Below are positions 59,435-64,000 of a DNA stretch of 64,000 nucleotides, in pieces. How positions within the stretch are numbered: the stretch's first letter is position 1; every line of letters starts with the position of its first letter. The DNA comes from Podarcis muralis (Eukaryota), in assembly GCF_964188315.1 (NCBI RefSeq), contig NC_135662.1, positions 7,564,001 to 7,628,000 of the forward strand, read 5' to 3'. The position numbers and the translations under genes were made by a program. The notes beneath the pieces are model-generated. The model saw only the letters and a list, made by a program, of their open reading frames with translations. It did no database searches and had not been told where the DNA came from.

Positions 59435-60959
59435 ACTTTCCTCAGGCCAAGGATTATACGATTCTTAAAATAACATAACATTTAACACACAAATAAGATA
59501 GTTAAGACCACCAGAAGATGGCACCGTGGGTGAAAGCTCCTTGGATGGATAATAATAGTGAAGTTTTCCTCTCCACTGCGGTAAAATCCACTTACAACAT
59601 CAGTCTTTCGTGGACACCTCGGACCCAGTTTGCAGAAGCTTTTCACAAGGGGAAGTATTGAAATGTGACAGCCTCAAGATGTCTAGGGGGTAGGGTGCCA
59701 AATGTCCTGGCTCCACTGGCCTCTCTCAACCCTCTATGACAGCAGCCTGGGCACAAATGATGACTTATCCAGGATTTAAACACCACACAGCGTCTTCCTC
59801 TTAAGCCCTCTCTCCAATTAGGATAATGGCGTTCTCTTCTCTTTTAGCAGCCGAGGCCGGCCCGCTCGGCGCCATGTTGATGGTCTCCTCAGTGCAAGTA
59901 GATAAATAGGTGCCGCTCCGACGGAAAGCTAAATGGCGTTTCTGTGTGCTGCTCTGGTTCGCCAGAAGCGGCTTAGTCATGCTGGCCACATGACCTGGAA
60001 GCTGTACGCCGGCTCCCTCGGCCAATAAAGCGAGATGAGCACCACAACCCCAGAGTAGGTCACGACTGGACCTAATGGTCAGGGGTCCATTTACCTTTAC
60101 CTATTTGCCCAGGCAGGTGCATTACATGACCCACAGCAAAATGGCTGTGAGCTCCAGGGGAAGCAGCCTTACCTAGACTTTTCCCTCCCCTCTTTGCCCA
60201 GTATTTTGCTGCAATCTATGGGCCACAGTGCCACCAGGCAAAGGTGCCCCATGCTTATCGGGCATGGAGCGGGACTTATCAGATTCACATCCTGTTCTGC
60301 CATTAGAACAGCAGATAACAAGCCCATTACTGTAAAGGCCAGTTACAGGAAATGAGAGTCATCATATGGAAAATAAACCTTATTCTAAAATTGGTGAGCT
60401 GGTCTTAGACACTTGCCCTGTTCTCACAGTAGTACATTTTGAGCTATGATGATGGGCTATGGCAGCCTTGGAGTGAAAGTCTGCATGGTTTTCCTCTCCA
60501 GAAACTGGCTTGCATTGAAGCTGTATGTTGACCAGGGTATAGTCCTTTCTGTAGTACTTTGTTTGGTAACTTGGAGTTTGGATTACTGTAATGAAGTCTA
60601 TGTGGAGCTGCCCTTGGCATGAGCTGTAAACGTCAGCTGGTACTGAACACAGCGACTTGACTGCTGATGGGAACAAATGGGGACTCCTTCCTTGCTAAGT
60701 AAGTCTTGGGTATGTGAACCCAACAGGCACATCTGGGTCCCAGAGTCCACCATTCACCAAGGTGACCCAAGAGTGCCCTTAAACCTAATAATGCCTCAGG
60801 GTGCCTGCCAAGATCCATTCTTGTAGATAAGACCAATTCATGTCTTCTCCAAAAAAAGGTTTTGTAGCAAATTCACCCCTGCTATATATATTTTCCTCCT
60901 TTTTTGGAAGAATTTTTATTTAGGATTTACAAAGAGAAATACAAAGCTTTATATCATAT

Positions 60960-63661
60960 GTTGTTGTTGTTGTTGTTTAGTCGTTTAGTCGTGTCCGACT
61001 CTTCGTGACCCCATGGACCAGAGCACGCCAGGCACCTTTGTCCTCCACTACCTCCCGCAGTTTGGTCAAACTCATGCTGGTAACCTTGAAAACACTATCC
61101 AACCATCTCGTCCTCTGTCGCCCCCTTCTCCTTGTGCCCTCCATCTTTCCCAGCATCAGTGTCTTCTCCAGGGAGTCTTCTCTTCTCATGAGGTGGCCAA
61201 AGTACTGGAGCCTCAGCTTCACGATCTGTCCTTCCAGTGAGCACTCAGGGCTGATTTCCTTAAGAATGGATGCGTTTGATCTTCTTGCAGTCCATGGGAC
61301 TCTCAAGAGTCTTCTCCAGCACCATAATTCAAAAGCATCAATTCTTCGGCGATCAGCCTTCTTTATGGTCCAGCTCTCACTTCCATACATCACTACTGGG
61401 AAAACCATGGCTTTAACTATACGGACCTTTGTTGGCAAGGTGACGTCTCTACTTCTCAAGATGCTGTCTAGGCCTGTCATTGCCCTTCTCCCAAGAAGCA
61501 GGCGTCTTTTAATTTCGTGGCTGCTGTCACCATCTGCAGTGATCATGGAGCCCAAGAAAGTAAAATCTCTCACTGCCTCCATTTCTTCCCCTTCTATTTG
61601 CCATGAGGTGATGGGACCAGTGGCCATGATCTTCGTTTTTTTGATGTTGAGCTTCAGACCATATTTTGCGCTCTCCTCTTTCACCCTCATTAAAAGGTTC
61701 TTTAATTCCTCCTCACTTTCTGCCATCAAGGTTGTGTCATCTGCATATCTGAGGTTGTTGATATTTCTTCCGGCAATCTTAATTCCAGCTTGGGATTCAT
61801 CCAGCCCAGCCTTTCGCATGATGTATTCTGCATACAAATTAAATAAGCAGGGAGACAAAATGCAGCCTTGTCGTACTCCTTTCCCAATATTGTTCCATAT
61901 CCAGTTCCATATCCAGTTGTTCCATATCCAGTTCTAACTGTAGCTTCTTGTCCCACATAGAGATTTCTCAGGAGACAGATGAGGTGATCAGGCACTCCCA
62001 TTTCTTTAAGAACTTGCCATAGTTTGCTGTGGTCGACACAGTCAAAGGCTTTTGCATAGTCAATGAAGCAGAAGTAGATGTCTTTCTGGAACTCTCTAGC
62101 TTTCTCCATAATCCAGCGGATGTTTGCAATTTGGTCTCTGGTTCCTCTGCCTCTTCTAAATCCAGCTTGCACTTCTGGGAGTTCTCGATCCACATACTGC
62201 TTGAGCCTTCCTTGTAGAATTTTAAGCATAACCTTGCTAGCGTGTGAAATGAGTGCAATTGTGCGGTAGTTGGAGCATTCTTTGGCACTGCCCTTCTTCG
62301 GGATTGGGATGTAGACTGATCTTCTCCAATCTTCTGGCCACTGCTGAGTTTTCCAAATTTGCTGGCATATTGAGTGTAGCACCTTAACAGCATCATCTTT
62401 TAAAATTTTAAATAGTTCAGCTGGAATACCATCACTTCCACTGGCCTTGTTATTTGCAGTGCTTTCTAAGGCCCATTTGACTTCACTTTCCAGGATGTCT
62501 GGCTCAAGGTCAGCAACCACACTACCTGGGGTGTACGAGACATCCATATCCTTCTGGTATAATTCCTCTGTGTATTCTTGCCACCTCTTCTTGATGTCTT
62601 CTGCTTCTGTTAGGTCCTTACCACTTTTGTCCTTTATTATGGTAATCTTTATACGAAATGTTCCTTTCATATCTCCAATTTTCTTGAACAGATCTCTGGT
62701 TCTTCCCATTCTGTTGTTTTCCTCTATTTGTTTGCATTGCTCGTTTAAGAAGGCCTTCTTGTCTCTCCTTGCTATTCTTTGGAAATCTGCATTCAATTTC
62801 CTGTATCTTTCACTATCTCCCTCGCATTTTGCTTGCCTTCTCTCCTCCGCTATTTGTAAGGCCTCGTTGGACAGCCACTTTGCTTTCTTGCATTTCCTTT
62901 TCATTGGGATGGTTTTCGTTGCTGCCTCCTGTACAATGTTACGAGCCTCCATCCATAGTTCTTCAGGCACTCTGTCCACCAAATCTAAATCCTTAAACCT
63001 GTTCCTCACTTCCACTGTGTATTCATAAGGGATTTGACTTAGATTGTATCTTACTGGCCCAGTGGTTTTTCCTACTTTCTTCAGTTTAAGCTTGAATTTT
63101 GCTATAAGAAGCTGATGATCTGAGCCACAGTCAGCTCCAGGTCTTGTTTTTGCTGACTGTATAGAGCTTCTCCATCTTTGGCTGCAGAGAATATAATCAA
63201 TCTGATTTCGATGCTGCCCATCTGGTGATGTCCATGTGTAGAGTCGTCTCTTGTGTTGTTGGAAAAGAGTGTTTGTGATGACCAGCTTGTTCTCTTGGCA
63301 GAACTCTATTAGCCTTTGCCCTGCTTCGTTTTGAACTCCAAGGCCAAACTTGCCAGTTGTTCCTTTTGTCTCTTGACTCCCTACTTTAGCATTCCAATCC
63401 CCTATAATGAGAAGAACATCCTTCTTTGGTGTCACTTCTATAAGGTCTTGTAAGTCTTCATAGAATTGGTCAATTTCAGTTTCTTCAGCGCCAGTAGTTG
63501 GTGCATAAACTTGGATTACTGTGATGTTAAAAGGTCTGCCTTGGATTCGTATCGAGATCATTCTATCATTTTTGAGATTGCATCCCAGTACAGCTTTCGC
63601 CACTCTTTTGTTGACTATGAGGGCCACTCCATTTCTTTTACGGGTTTCTTGCCCACAGTAG
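60960..63661 (-). mobile_element. RTE-BovB LINE, 5'-truncated (2.7 kb), nearly intact ORF
   Basis: 12-bp TSD tttatatcatat (60948-60959, 63662-63673); (CAA)n tail; IQVYAPT, GDWNAKVG, NQIDYIL, IDYAKAFDCVDH, NINNLRYADDTTL; one frameshift at ~61890. Confidence 0.95.
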
Positions 63662-63673
63662 TTTATATCATAT

Positions 63674-64000
63674 ACCCCCCCCCCCAAAAAAAAAACATTA
63701 ATAAGAAAACAATAAGAACATAGAGAAAAAGAGAGAAGAGGAAAAGCAGGAAATATAGAACAAGAGAGAGAGAGACAAATAAAGGAGAAACAGTCATATT
63801 TCTGATCACACCTTCCATAATCTGCATCTTCAGGAAAAACACTTAGAGCAAGAGGGAAGCTTGTCGTTACCTCAGATATGGACAGGCAAGACACACAGCC
63901 AAAATCTGTGAAACTTGAACCCAAAACTTGCGGTTCTTTTCCTCAGTTTATATTCTCTTAGAATTATAGATAACCACACAATCATGCACACAAAGCATAT
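63674..64000 (-). mobile_element. Possible older LINE 3' end hosting the BovB insertion (continues at 60900-60947)
   Basis: T-rich tail with tttatt signal left of BovB and composition only. Confidence 0.3.

Larger units (their letters stand above)
53771..59891 (-). mobile_element. Full-length two-ORF LINE, RTE-X-like (clade tentative)
   Basis: 13-bp TSD gtgcaagtagata (53758-53770, 59892-59904); aataaa + (TCTA)n tail; ORF1, APE, RT, C-terminal CxC..H....C motif. Confidence 0.85.
53632..60101 (+). mobile_element. Sauria SINE split into 53632-53770 and 59892-60101 by a LINE insertion
   Basis: Halves join into one SINE; outer 12-bp TSD tatttgcccagg at 53620-53631 and 60102-60113. Confidence 0.92.

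Noticed and set aside
61005-63028. Long plus-strand ORFs (310 aa, 193 aa)
   Set aside because: Antisense shadows of the BovB ORF
61726-63924. 732-aa ORF as one protein
   Set aside because: First ~88 aa are flanking DNA outside the TSD and the last ~55 aa are out of frame after the lesion at ~61890

Overview
Eukaryotic (squamate, probably lacertid lizard) genomic DNA, judged from Sauria SINEs, BovB, CR1, L2, L1 and Penelope elements. The window is a tandem cluster of MAS-related class A GPCR genes (MRGPR/MAS1-like), all on the minus strand. Five have intact ORFs (2459-3439, 11524-12492, 16558-17529, 30569-31537, 50154-51113). One has a single nonsense codon right after TM7 (23438-24316) and one is multiply rearranged (43255-44160). 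Several 5' or TM7/C-tail remnants lie in segmentally duplicated units. Between the genes are many retroelements with readable target-site duplications (TSDs), several with the empty site visible in a paralogous unit. These include a full-length L1 carrying a nested Penelope element with inverted repeats and hammerhead-ribozyme motifs, a full-length RTE-X-like LINE splitting a Sauria SINE, BovB, CR1, L2, MITEs and an unclassified 1.2-kb non-coding retroposon. The main observation not explained by the ORF track is a family of nine short upstream exons. Four carry an ATG exactly 28 nt before the splice donor, which is in frame with a 44-nt leader in the two divergent receptors and predicts a hidden 24-aa N-terminal extension. 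The recently expanded subfamily has lost both the ATG (ACA) and the frame. No prokaryotic features, CRISPR arrays, rRNA or true tRNA genes were seen. All alignments were done by eye; TE boundaries without a TSD are approximate.
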